Shown piece by piece: positions 1 to 12,545 of a stretch of 64,000 bases of DNA. Position numbers and translations under genes: made by a program. Source of the stretch: a virus; the UHGV virus genome UHGV-0300374. One strand, given 5' to 3'. Under the pieces are notes generated by a model, which saw only the letters and a list, made by a program, of their open reading frames with translations, was not told the DNA's origin and searched no databases. The stretch's first letter is position 1; each line of letters starts with the position of its first letter.

Positions 1-2885
<2,885 letters not shown>

Positions 2886-2886
<1 letters not shown>

Positions 2887-3125
2887 TACATTTTTCCTGC
2901 TCTTCTAAGTTCGTTGTAAGCAATTTCCTCTTTATACGACCTCTGAATTTCAAGAAATTGTCTCAATGATAATAAATCAGAGAATGTCATAGCAAAGAGT
3001 TGGTCAAGTGTTTCTTTACACCCTTCCATACCATAAATAGCAAGCACAAATTTCATCTCGTCTGCTTCTTCATAGGTTGCCTCTACAGCAGCATCAGTTA
3101 GTGGTGTCTGTAGAGTGTTACCCAT
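2886..3125 (-). CDS. putative tail assembly chaperone
   Basis: 79-aa acidic ORF immediately upstream of tape measure; assigned by position only. Confidence 0.3.
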
Positions 3126-3127
3126 GT

Positions 3128-3526
3128 TTACTGAGAAGTTAGGCTTTTGAAAATGCTTGCTTCGAAAAAACTTCCGAAGTTTGCCTCCAGCGCAAATGCT
3201 AAGTAATCAATAAACTCACCGTAGTTTGCTTGGAAGTACGTATCAATATTAAGTGGGAAGTCGTCAACAGTTGCCCCTTGAAATAATAAGGTAGCCATCT
3301 CTTCAAGGTTAATTTCTTCAATTCTGTCAAAACAAGCTTCAACAAGTTCTTTAAATGGAACCATTGGAGCTTCTTTCTTACCCTTGTCAGTCAGACTTGA
3401 CAGCATCTGTGCAAAAGTTGGAACAATAATTTTACCCAACTTCATAGACATCTTAATACCATCTCTTGCCCCAAGCAGAACGATATTTACTTTCTTACCA
3501 TTAATTACTCTAAATTCTGTTTTCAT
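3128..3526 (-). CDS. putative tail assembly chaperone
   Basis: 132 aa, between tube-like gene and tape measure; position only. Confidence 0.3.
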   Translation of the reverse strand: MKTEFRVINGKKVNIVLLGARDGIKMSMKLGKIIVPTFAQMLSSLTDKGKKEAPMVPFKELVEACFDRIEEINLEEMATLLFQGATVDDFPLNIDTYFQANYGEFIDYLAFALEANFGSFFEASIFKSLTSQ

Positions 3527-3554
3527 TGTGATTCCTTAATACTTTTAAAAGAAA

Positions 3555-3586
3555 CAAAAAAGGGGAAGACCTTTTAAAGTCTCCCC
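3555..3586 (-). terminator. intrinsic terminator-like hairpin after tail tube gene
   Basis: Imperfect GC-rich stem (ggggaagac / gtctcccc) followed on the minus strand by a U-run (plus a-run 3556-3561). Confidence 0.4.
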
Positions 3587-3599
3587 CTTATAGGATTTA

Positions 3600-4046
3600 T
3601 TAAACACTTGACGCTGGAATTGTAGAAGTGTAGTCTAGCTTCTCACAACCAAAAATCCAAGTTTTAGAGTTCTGGTCACGACCAAGTTCAATCTGTGGTA
3701 ATTCCTGCAACCAAGCATTAATACCAGTTGCCAGAACAGAGCCTGATGGGTCGTAGATTACGAAGTTAGAAGAGATATCTTCTTCAAGTTCCATATTGTC
3801 TTGTTTAGCTTGAATTGCAGAAAGCATCTGGTTAGAGAGAGAAGTCTGCATTAACTCAATCTCAATAGTACCTGTCTTGTCTGCATTTCTCGTCAGAGCA
3901 ACTTGACCACCTGCACCAACAACTGGTGTCACAAGTGGTGATGTTCTCTGTAGACGCAAGAATGAGTCTGGAGCAAAGCCTTCAATGGCAATACCATTCC
4001 AGCTACATACAACGTCTTTAGGGGAATATTGCTGATACATAGCCAT
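3600..4046 (-). CDS. putative tail tube protein
   Basis: 148 aa directly downstream of sheath-sized ORF and followed by terminator; position/size only. Confidence 0.4.
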   Translation of the reverse strand: MAMYQQYSPKDVVCSWNGIAIEGFAPDSFLRLQRTSPLVTPVVGAGGQVALTRNADKTGTIEIELMQTSLSNQMLSAIQAKQDNMELEEDISSNFVIYDPSGSVLATGINAWLQELPQIELGRDQNSKTWIFGCEKLDYTSTIPASSV

Positions 4047-4061
4047 TCCAATTTACCTCTA

Positions 4062-5414
4062 TTATTCGTAAGCCACTGTACCTTTCAAGTCAACATCCAA
4101 GATAGCACCTGCTAAGATACCTGCGAAGGTAACGTCTTTCAGGATACGTGCTTTCTTGTCTGCTAAAGCAACTTGAGAGGCTTTAGGAACATTAACTGTG
4201 TAAGATGACAGGAAGTTTCTGTTGACTGCTCTTTGCAGAGAGGTTTCAATGACTTGACGAATACGGGTAATACCAGTATCATCATAAGTAATCTTACCAC
4301 CCTTCTGATTAATTAGCAAGTCTCTCAGAGAAGTTTTCAGGTCTGATTCTAACCAGTCAACACCACGGACGATATCAATCCATTCCCCACCAGAAGTAAT
4401 CCCTCTACGAACCACTGGAACACCACCATCAAGGTCAATAAAGTTACAGTGACGTGCATCTAAAGCTGACTTCTGAATACTTGTCAGAGGTCTCTTATTA
4501 GCTGGCTGTAGAGAAGCAGCTACACCAGTTAGCTGAGCATTACCCCAAGCAATTGAACCTGCATCATATGGAGCACCATAAGCAATGTATGCCATCTCTG
4601 GATAATCTTCTGCCGCTGTGTGATGCCACAAGCAAACTGTGCGAGTATACATACTCTTAGCAAGCTGTGCTGGAACATCATTTGCACTGTTTAATTCTGT
4701 ACCTTGTAGGGCTGTTACATCAGAGTTAGCTGTAAAGAAAATCTTCTTACGCGCTTGAATCTCAGAAGCCATTGCTAAGACAAACTGTTGAGTTCTATCT
4801 TCTGCTGCAATGAAATACCAGTCAGTAGAATAAGCTTCAATAGCTGCCAGAGCAGTTGATGCTGTATCGGCAGTTGTACTTGCAATATACACAGTCTGTG
4901 CTGTAGTTGTTACTTTCACAAAGTCATTATCACCCGCTTTGGTAATAACCATTGTGGCAGAACCGTTGCTACCAGTAACATTAACTGAGACTTTATCTTT
5001 AATTGATTGGTCAGCTTCAATCTGTGTTTTAAACTGTTGTAATACATTCTCGGCAGTATCTTCACCTTGTGAGGTGTACTGGAATGGTTGTGACATTCCC
5101 CCACTGACAGCTACAGTAATTGAGTAGTCTGTACTTTCGGTAACGGCATCAGGAATTGATACAGTGTACTGCATAGCACGTCTACCAATATAAAGCTGAG
5201 TTACTTTAGGAGTCTGACTCCAAAGTTGTTTAGCAGCCTTATATGCAGCAGAGTTTTCATCGAAATCTTCAGCAACTTCAGTTAAGGAAGTGTAACCACG
5301 GACTCTTTCTTCAAAGTTATCTGTTGAAGCTAAAAATAGTGGCAGCCCAAAACCTTCTCTTGTAGTTCCTGCGGTGTTCAATGTAATATCTACATTAACA
5401 ATTGGATTCCACAT
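4062..5414 (-). CDS. putative tail sheath protein
   Basis: 450 aa, sheath-tube-chaperone-TMP order typical of contractile tails; position/size only. Confidence 0.45.
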   Translation of the reverse strand: MWNPIVNVDITLNTAGTTREGFGLPLFLASTDNFEERVRGYTSLTEVAEDFDENSAAYKAAKQLWSQTPKVTQLYIGRRAMQYTVSIPDAVTESTDYSITVAVSGGMSQPFQYTSQGEDTAENVLQQFKTQIEADQSIKDKVSVNVTGSNGSATMVITKAGDNDFVKVTTTAQTVYIASTTADTASTALAAIEAYSTDWYFIAAEDRTQQFVLAMASEIQARKKIFFTANSDVTALQGTELNSANDVPAQLAKSMYTRTVCLWHHTAAEDYPEMAYIAYGAPYDAGSIAWGNAQLTGVAASLQPANKRPLTSIQKSALDARHCNFIDLDGGVPVVRRGITSGGEWIDIVRGVDWLESDLKTSLRDLLINQKGGKITYDDTGITRIRQVIETSLQRAVNRNFLSSYTVNVPKASQVALADKKARILKDVTFAGILAGAILDVDLKGTVAYE

Positions 5415-6014
5415 TTATTTTACCCCTTTGGAGTCTACATCTAGATGGATAGTATATTCTGGTGGCTCTTGTCCTTCTTCGTAAACTAATTCACCATCAA
5501 CAATGACACGTTCAATAATACATCCACGTTCATCTTTCAGGACTGAATTTTTTACAAGAGTTACAACAAGAGGCGCAGAATTTTCGAAATCTGTATTAAG
5601 ATAAGTATAGTCATTTGGGATAGCTCCAGTGTCTAAAACTGTAGCTCCTGTTTCTTCAAGAATTAAATCCCTGACTGAACTCATCTCTAATCGTTGTTTA
5701 AGCTCAAGCATGATGCTGTGAGCACCTTTACCATTCACCGTAATTAGTACAGGAATCTGAAAAGCAATTCTGTAGCAAACTACATCATCCTCAACAAACT
5801 TATCAAGAACCCAACCATAAGGTGTTGCAGCATCTTGACAATATACGGTAATAAATGGCTGGTCAGGTTTTAAACCTTTGTCATTTGAGTTATCAGAAGG
5901 GTAAGCTCTAATTACGTTTGGTCTATTATTTTTATCACGAGCTAGTCTGTGACCAATAACATCCACTAAGGTTCTAACTAGACCTTTTTCAAGTTCTGCT
6001 GTTTCTAACTGCAT
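5415..6014 (-). CDS. hypothetical virion protein (neck/tail module)
   Basis: ORF track; tightly packed in structural operon. Confidence 0.3.
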   Translation of the reverse strand: MQLETAELEKGLVRTLVDVIGHRLARDKNNRPNVIRAYPSDNSNDKGLKPDQPFITVYCQDAATPYGWVLDKFVEDDVVCYRIAFQIPVLITVNGKGAHSIMLELKQRLEMSSVRDLILEETGATVLDTGAIPNDYTYLNTDFENSAPLVVTLVKNSVLKDERGCIIERVIVDGELVYEEGQEPPEYTIHLDVDSKGVK

Positions 6015-6390
6015 TCATTTTATCCCTTCTAATAATTATATATTCATAATGGGACGTATGGGCTAATTGCTGTGACCAATCCATAGTCATAAATACTTCA
6101 TACTCATGACCATCAATCATAACAATATCAGACTCATTCCACTCTACATCATCTGAAGTTCTAAGTTTATATGTAGTATACAGGATTCTTGTATCGGTAA
6201 GCCTAATACCTTCCGGTAAAGCAATCTGTGTACCATTCTTTACAGAACCTTTGATATATGGCTGGATATTACCTTTGCAGTTAACCTCTACAATATCTTG
6301 TGAAGCTACCCAATCACCATCATCATTATAATAACCGTCTTCAGAGACTTTACGCTTTACTACAAAGCTGTGTCTGTTTAAGAGTCTCAT
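5989..6390 (-). CDS. hypothetical virion protein (neck/tail module)
   Basis: ORF track; overlaps neighbours in operon fashion. Confidence 0.3.
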   Translation of the reverse strand: MRLLNRHSFVVKRKVSEDGYYNDDGDWVASQDIVEVNCKGNIQPYIKGSVKNGTQIALPEGIRLTDTRILYTTYKLRTSDDVEWNESDIVMIDGHEYEVFMTMDWSQQLAHTSHYEYIIIRRDKMNAVRNSRT

Positions 6391-6869
6391 TTCTTAATAC
6401 CCTTCTTAGTAGAAATTTTATAAGCAAGGTTATCTCTTAAGTCACCTGTCTCAACAAGAGGTGCATTAAAGCCTTTTTTCTTGACTGTGGAAGGTGCGTT
6501 AGGAGGGAGGATAGCAGAATTACCAAAACCCCTTTTAATTGCCTTTTGAGTATTCTTTGCAAATGCTTCTAAGGTATTTGAAGGGTCTGTGTTGAGACTG
6601 CTAAGTTGCTTATATAGATTCTTCTTAGTCTGCTCTAACAAGGTCTGTTTGTTTAGCATCATAGTGATTTCAAACAACCTACGATATACTTTACCAGAAG
6701 CTGAAGGAACCCCAATAACTTCTTGTAAATACATTAAAGCAGGATAAGAAAAACCAGAGCTATGTTGACCTTGTTCTTGAAAATACCCAACTTGAGCATT
6801 AGCCGTTTGCAAGTTCTTCATAGCCCCGACTAATTTTGCTCTCGCGGGGTGAATAACCCTTTTAACCAT
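6387..6869 (-). CDS. hypothetical virion protein (head-tail joining candidate)
   Basis: ORF track; 4-nt overlap with upstream gene. Confidence 0.3.
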   Translation of the reverse strand: MVKRVIHPARAKLVGAMKNLQTANAQVGYFQEQGQHSSGFSYPALMYLQEVIGVPSASGKVYRRLFEITMMLNKQTLLEQTKKNLYKQLSSLNTDPSNTLEAFAKNTQKAIKRGFGNSAILPPNAPSTVKKKGFNAPLVETGDLRDNLAYKISTKKGIKK

Positions 6870-7318
6870 TATTCATCTCGCTCGATAATAAATACGCCAT
6901 TAACACGGTTGCAGTAATCTCTGCCTTCGTATCTGGCAGCATCACCATATTCTGTGTATTTCTTGACAGAGCAAGGATTCTGACGACGCATGTCAATATC
7001 ACACTGATTAATACCACCTGCATAGGGCAGTCCTGAAACAGAGCTTTTAACAAGGTCGTCATAAACAGCTTTCAGAGATTTGAATCTGGAAGAGTTACGT
7101 AAGTAAACACCACCAACCTTCTCATCTCCCATCTTGGCTACTTGAAAGAGTAAATATTTAAGAGCTTTGATGGCTGCTTTCTTTTCATCCTTTCCAGATT
7201 CTAGATAGAACCACTCTAGCACAGACTGTTCAATAAGAATCTCATCATTATTGGTGTCTGTGCAGAGGATTCTTACTCTATCAAGAGGGTTATTGGCTGG
7301 GTCGCCTGTATAACACAT
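6869..7318 (-). CDS. hypothetical virion protein (head completion candidate)
   Basis: ORF track; immediately downstream of capsid gene. Confidence 0.3.
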   Translation of the reverse strand: MCYTGDPANNPLDRVRILCTDTNNDEILIEQSVLEWFYLESGKDEKKAAIKALKYLLFQVAKMGDEKVGGVYLRNSSRFKSLKAVYDDLVKSSVSGLPYAGGINQCDIDMRRQNPCSVKKYTEYGDAARYEGRDYCNRVNGVFIIERDE

Positions 7319-7339
7319 TCATAACCCTCCTTAAGAATA

Positions 7340-8449
7340 TTATTCTTGAGCGTCAGAACGAACGTCTACCAGCAACTGAGGACGAGTACAGTATGGCAGC
7401 ATGTAAGAGTGAGCTTCAAAGTCGATACCTTCGTCACGGTCTTTTTCGTATTCGAATACGTACAGTTCCTGACCAAGTGTATTTGCATAACCCATCTTAG
7501 GACATGGGCCATATGCCACTTCGAAGATGTTGTTTGCTTCACCAAGCATAGCAACGTTAGGGAAAGCGTGCCCTACACCTACAGTTCCATCCTGAGTAAC
7601 ACCATCAATGCTCACCAGAGTGTGAACCTTACCACGCTTGTCTTTGAACTTACCGTTGTACTGGACAAACTTAACACCACCGTAGTAGAAAGTGTTCATA
7701 TGAGCCTGAACGCCGTCAGAACCACCAGTTCTCAGAGAACCAGTAATCTGTTGCCAAGCCAGCGGAGTCTGCTGTGCAAGATAAGCGTCACGAATCTTAG
7801 GATGCTTAACCAGCTTGCTGAAGAATACACGGTCAACAACTACGTGAATTTCTTCACCGTTGATTACAGTGCCAGTCTTAGCTTCGTCTTCCATGTGCAT
7901 ACGCAGTTCTTCAATAGAAGCGTCGATGTCAGCATTAGGGTTGTCAAGGTCGAAGTAAACAGTCTTCTTCTGAACGTCGAACTGCTGGTACAGGTCAGCA
8001 TACAGAGTACCACGAGCATCAACAACTTTACCCTTCAGAGCTTGCATAAACAGGAACTCACGAGTAATATCGAACTTGGTACGAATCTTCATCAGCTTCT
8101 TAGCACGTACTACAGCTTCAGTAGTAAGTTCGTTTGCAGTGCCTGGCTGACGTACACCCTGAATCTCATCAGGAGTAATGCTTTCAACTTCTTTGAAGTA
8201 CATCATTGGGAAGCTGATTTGACGAACACGCTCAGGTGCGCTAGTCTCTGCTTTACGGCTATCACGGTCTACCGCATCAAGCAAGCTAACATCCCAATCA
8301 GTCAAGTCCATAAGGAAAGTAGTTTGGGTGATTGGTGCTGAACGGAACAGACCTAAGTTGGAAATATACCCATAAGTATTAGGGATAGACTGGACTTCAC
8401 CAGTCAGGTCAGCAAGGAAAAATCTGCTTTTTTCAGAATTAGTCAACAT
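7340..8449 (-). CDS. major capsid protein
   Basis: 369 aa; position between protease/scaffold and neck genes; GGAG RBS 9 nt upstream; call by size, context and family resemblance. Confidence 0.6.
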   Translation of the reverse strand: MLTNSEKSRFFLADLTGEVQSIPNTYGYISNLGLFRSAPITQTTFLMDLTDWDVSLLDAVDRDSRKAETSAPERVRQISFPMMYFKEVESITPDEIQGVRQPGTANELTTEAVVRAKKLMKIRTKFDITREFLFMQALKGKVVDARGTLYADLYQQFDVQKKTVYFDLDNPNADIDASIEELRMHMEDEAKTGTVINGEEIHVVVDRVFFSKLVKHPKIRDAYLAQQTPLAWQQITGSLRTGGSDGVQAHMNTFYYGGVKFVQYNGKFKDKRGKVHTLVSIDGVTQDGTVGVGHAFPNVAMLGEANNIFEVAYGPCPKMGYANTLGQELYVFEYEKDRDEGIDFEAHSYMLPYCTRPQLLVDVRSDAQE

Positions 8450-8482
8450 TGTAAAATTCTCCAGAATGTCTTATTATTGTTA

Positions 8483-8860
8483 TTACAGGCCAGTTGGTAC
8501 GAAATCAATACCTTTAGCAGCCAGAGCTGCCTTAACACTATCAGCATTAACACTTGCTTCAAGAGTAAGCATGTCTTTCAGTTCTGCATCGCGGTAGATG
8601 CCTACCACTTTCAACTGACCATGATAAGACAGTTGTGAGTCTGCGTAGAAGTTAACGATACATACAGAGTCAGCCTGAGCTTCTTCCCCTGCTGCAACTT
8701 TAGTACCGTCTGCTTTCAGAACTTCACCTACACGGTATTCTGTTGAAGCAACTGGAGTGTACTCTTTACGAGAGTGACCTGTTGGGGTAATCTGTTCCCA
8801 AAGAATGATATCATTTAGAGGTTCTCTGTTACCTAACTTAGTAAAACCTTGATATGCCAT
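8483..8860 (-). CDS. hypothetical protein (possible capsid decoration protein)
   Basis: 125 aa between protease and major capsid genes; position only. Confidence 0.25.
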   Translation of the reverse strand: MAYQGFTKLGNREPLNDIILWEQITPTGHSRKEYTPVASTEYRVGEVLKADGTKVAAGEEAQADSVCIVNFYADSQLSYHGQLKVVGIYRDAELKDMLTLEASVNADSVKAALAAKGIDFVPTGL

Positions 8861-8871
8861 TATTGTGTTCC

Positions 8872-10218
8872 TTATTTGATAAGAGATTTTAGAGCATTCT
8901 GGAGAGCCAGTTTGCGTTGTTCAGCGGTGTCTTCGGAAGCATTCTTAGCTGGTTCTTTTTCTTCTTCAACCAAATCAGCTTCGCCGTCATTACCCATTTC
9001 TTCCATAGCGTTGGAATGTTCAAGAACAGCACCAGCAGTTTCTTTCAGCTTGGTAATTTCTGATTCTTTTTCTTCCATTGCAGAAGCATGGGACGCGATA
9101 GTTTCATTAAGTTTCTGGTTAGCACCTTCCATAGCATTCATAAACAGAACACTCAGAGGGTTATCAAGACCAGCACCTAAAATAGTCGTTGCAGCTTCTT
9201 TTGCATCAAATCCAAAAGATTCAGCAGAAGCAGAAATCTTATTAGTCAAATCTGACAAAGCAGCTTCCTGTTCTTTAGCTTTCATTTGAGCAACCTGAAG
9301 ACGCAAAGCTTCTAGTTCTTGCTTTTCTTGTTCAGTCATTTCTTCACCTGAATTGTTAACGTTTAAACTTACAGGAGCCTCTTCAGAACCTTGTAAGTAA
9401 TTTAAGAAATCATCTTGAGACATGATTGAGTTAATTAAACCAAGTTCAAGAGCTTCCTGAGCAGAATAAACATTCGCCTCAGTATTCTTTACAGCTTCTT
9501 CAGAGAGATTACGAGATTCGGCTACAAAACCTGTAAAGGTTGCGTAGGTATCATTAATTCTCTTTTGAAGTCTTTCTTTGCTTTCTTCTGAGAGTGCTTG
9601 GAATGGTGAACCCATACCTTTAAACTCACCAGCTTTGATGACGTTAATTGTTACGCCATTCTTTTCAAATGCCTTAGTTAATTCCTGATGAACCATAATT
9701 ACACCAATAGAACCAACATCTGCATCTGGTGATGCAATAATTTCTTCAGCAGAAGATGCAAGAGCATATGCAGCGGAACAAGCGAACTCATCTACATAAG
9801 CAATAATTTTCTTTTGGCCTCTTGAAGCCATAATGTGACGTGCTAATTCAAAGCAACCTGAAGCTTCACCACCACCAGAATCAATGTGCAGAACAATAGT
9901 CTTAATTGACTCATCTGCTAAAGCTTCGTCAAAGCCTCTACGCAAACCTTCATAAGAGCTTAGTCCACCTGTACACATTGCATCAATGAATGTCATACGA
10001 TGGGTTAAACCACCCATAATAGGGATAATAGCAATGTCATCTTTTACTTTTAAAAGACTTCTTGCTTCACCTTTGGGTTTATCAAAGTTTACTGCTGCTT
10101 GGACATCACCCAGCAATCTGTTATTCACATAGGTTGCTGCTGAGTGAGCTAATGATTCAGTGGCTAGTAAAGGTTGGTTGAATAATCTATCAGCAAGTCT
10201 GAAGATATTCGAACTCAT
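8872..10218 (-). CDS. prohead serine protease (S49/ClpP-like) fused to scaffold-like C-terminal domain
   Basis: Motif ...IVLHIDSGGGEASG... plus later Ser-containing segment typical of S49 peptidases; C-terminal charged coiled-coil region. Confidence 0.6.
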   Translation of the reverse strand: MSSNIFRLADRLFNQPLLATESLAHSAATYVNNRLLGDVQAAVNFDKPKGEARSLLKVKDDIAIIPIMGGLTHRMTFIDAMCTGGLSSYEGLRRGFDEALADESIKTIVLHIDSGGGEASGCFELARHIMASRGQKKIIAYVDEFACSAAYALASSAEEIIASPDADVGSIGVIMVHQELTKAFEKNGVTINVIKAGEFKGMGSPFQALSEESKERLQKRINDTYATFTGFVAESRNLSEEAVKNTEANVYSAQEALELGLINSIMSQDDFLNYLQGSEEAPVSLNVNNSGEEMTEQEKQELEALRLQVAQMKAKEQEAALSDLTNKISASAESFGFDAKEAATTILGAGLDNPLSVLFMNAMEGANQKLNETIASHASAMEEKESEITKLKETAGAVLEHSNAMEEMGNDGEADLVEEEKEPAKNASEDTAEQRKLALQNALKSLIK

Positions 10219-10229
10219 TTTTACTCACC

Positions 10230-10562
10230 CTATTTGTTTAAATCTACAGAGACTGAAGAGATAACATAGATACCTTCTTCAGCAAAGAATTGAGGTTTGC
10301 TAAGAGCACCAGTTGCCACGCATTTATCGTTAGCATCCCACAAGCTATAGTGTGAGACCGTTGCAGAAGCTGGAACAGTAATATTAACTGCATCTTCTGA
10401 GGCAATTAAGCCATTATCCGGTTCAGAAAAATAAATAGCCACTGGCTGAGTAACCTTATTTGCTGTAGGGTCTGCCGTTGGGTCTACATTGTGTAAAATA
10501 ATAGTCGTTGGGGTTAGCGTGGCGAGGATTTTATTCTTACCATCAATAGTTAATGTTCCCAT
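10230..10562 (-). CDS. hypothetical protein
   Basis: ORF track, 110 aa. Confidence 0.3.
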   Translation of the reverse strand: MGTLTIDGKNKILATLTPTTIILHNVDPTADPTANKVTQPVAIYFSEPDNGLIASEDAVNITVPASATVSHYSLWDANDKCVATGALSKPQFFAEEGIYVISSVSVDLNK

Positions 10563-11062
10563 TAATTAAACCTTACTTTTTGTTTAAGGACTGTTGAATG
10601 GTTACCAGATTCATCTACCACATTTACAATCATATCATATACTTTACCTTTGACAAGTACTTTGTAATCATTTTGTGAAAAAATGTATTCAAGTCTGTTT
10701 GTTTCTTTATTAACTGTCATTGGAGATTGAAATGCAGTGTCGAGGGTAATGAAAGCGGCTTCAATGCTATTAACATTGATACGTTTATTCTCGCAGTTAT
10801 ATAACTTTACACCCAAAAGGCATGAACTGTCAAATGGAATTTTAACAATTTCACTACAATTTCCTGAAATAAACGGTTTTCCACTCATTGGTGCATCAAG
10901 TAACCTACAAATAGTGAAAACGTCAGAGATTCCACCATCACTAACATAACCTGAAAGGCTGACCCTTGAGCCAGCCTCTACAGATAGCCTATCAGTAATG
11001 ATAAGAACACCTCTATACGAATGCACTCGTGCAGCATTTGAAATAGAGATAACTTCAGCCAT
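10562..11062 (-). CDS. hypothetical protein
   Basis: ORF track, 166 aa. Confidence 0.3.
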   Translation of the reverse strand: MAEVISISNAARVHSYRGVLIITDRLSVEAGSRVSLSGYVSDGGISDVFTICRLLDAPMSGKPFISGNCSEIVKIPFDSSCLLGVKLYNCENKRINVNSIEAAFITLDTAFQSPMTVNKETNRLEYIFSQNDYKVLVKGKVYDMIVNVVDESGNHSTVLKQKVRFN

Positions 11063-12528
11063 TATTTATTTGCCTTATTTGCTGTGCTTGGGTCTTTCGC
11101 TGAAGGTGTCTTTGCAGTACCTTCTCCAGCGGTCTTATAACCATCTCCTGAACGGCTTTGGCTATTCGGAGAAAGCTTTTCAGATACTGGCTGAGACTCA
11201 TCAGCAGGAGGAAGACCAATATGCTCTCTAAGTTTGTTAGATAGCTCTTTGTCAACTTCCAAAGCACCTACTGCAACAGTCTTCTGAATATAAGAACCAA
11301 TTGCTTCAAGGTCTGGAGTTTCGATATCATCATATGTGATTTGTACATGTTCTTCATCATCCCACATATTAAGAGCATAAGTCTGTGCAACTAAGTCACG
11401 GTTAATTACGTTCTTAATTTGCTTCAGCAGAATATCTACTGACATTGCTAATAGACTTGTCTTAGAATCTGCAAGAGAGAATGAACCGTACTTTGACTGA
11501 CCCATAGCAAGAACATCTGACATAAATGCCATCATAATCTGCTTAGAATATCTGTCAATGATAGAGCCTGTGTCATATGCTTTAGCACCCTGTCTAGAAA
11601 CTAATGAGAACTCAAAGATATCCTCTTTAGTTTCTGGGTCGATATATCTAGGCCAGATTAAACCTGCTCTGTCATTAGCAATCATATCATTAACAACAGT
11701 TTTGCAGTATTGTACGAAAGCTTTCTTTTCAGGTTCTGCATTTTCATCCAGATAATCTGGTGGTAAACCAATCTTTGGCATACCTACTAAGTCTCTTGAA
11801 ACACCAACAGCTTCGTACTCTTCAATCTGTACTTTATACTTCCACGGTACATAAGCATTAAGTAATGGTGAACGACCTTCTGGATTTCCATATTCATCGT
11901 CATACTTAAACAGCATGAATTTAGCTCGTGGAAGTTTTCTTGTCAGTGGTCTTTCTCCGAGATTAATTGCTCCAGCAATATGTGAAACATTTCTCAGATT
12001 TTGTCTGACACCAGTAACTTTTCTAAAGTCTTCGTCAAAATACCACTTATCAAGTGTTGATTGGTTTCTGATTGGTAATTTAGCCCATCCAATTAAACCG
12101 TCATCAAATTTTGACTGGTACTTTCCTTTCTTACCCTGACGTTTCTTATAAACCTTTTCATTAACACAGAACCCATAAGTGCAGAATGACATTACAGAAT
12201 TAATAAAATCTGCCCAATCATGCTCCATGTCATCCATTAAAGAATTAAAGAAGTCTGCTCTTTCAAGCATTTTAGGGTCTTGCTCTTTTCCCTTTGGAGG
12301 TACGAATCTCCAGTTGACTTTTCTGACAAACATCTTAATAATATTTACAGATGCTGCTACAGCAGGGTCACGCATCATTAATTGGAAAGTTTTAATACTT
12401 TCAGGGAACCTTAGTGCCTGACGAGGTTCTTCATAGATTCTTCCATTCTTAACCTTCAGACCCAAAGAACCTACTTCACCCATCCTAAATGGTGGTAAGC
12501 TTTCTTGTGTTTCTGTAATATCTGCCAT
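11062..12528 (-). CDS. portal protein
   Basis: 488 aa ORF directly downstream of large terminase; size and position. Confidence 0.55.
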   Translation of the reverse strand: MADITETQESLPPFRMGEVGSLGLKVKNGRIYEEPRQALRFPESIKTFQLMMRDPAVAASVNIIKMFVRKVNWRFVPPKGKEQDPKMLERADFFNSLMDDMEHDWADFINSVMSFCTYGFCVNEKVYKKRQGKKGKYQSKFDDGLIGWAKLPIRNQSTLDKWYFDEDFRKVTGVRQNLRNVSHIAGAINLGERPLTRKLPRAKFMLFKYDDEYGNPEGRSPLLNAYVPWKYKVQIEEYEAVGVSRDLVGMPKIGLPPDYLDENAEPEKKAFVQYCKTVVNDMIANDRAGLIWPRYIDPETKEDIFEFSLVSRQGAKAYDTGSIIDRYSKQIMMAFMSDVLAMGQSKYGSFSLADSKTSLLAMSVDILLKQIKNVINRDLVAQTYALNMWDDEEHVQITYDDIETPDLEAIGSYIQKTVAVGALEVDKELSNKLREHIGLPPADESQPVSEKLSPNSQSRSGDGYKTAGEGTAKTPSAKDPSTANKANK

Positions 12529-12545
12529 TCTTCTTCACCTAGCTA

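Noticed and set aside
4916-5127. Two 62-aa ORFs (both strands) inside the sheath gene
   Set aside because: Embedded within a long well-supported ORF; no independent signals
7346-8341. 331-aa plus-strand ORF in the track
   Set aside because: Lies entirely antisense within the major capsid gene; low-complexity composition typical of a shadow ORF; no RBS
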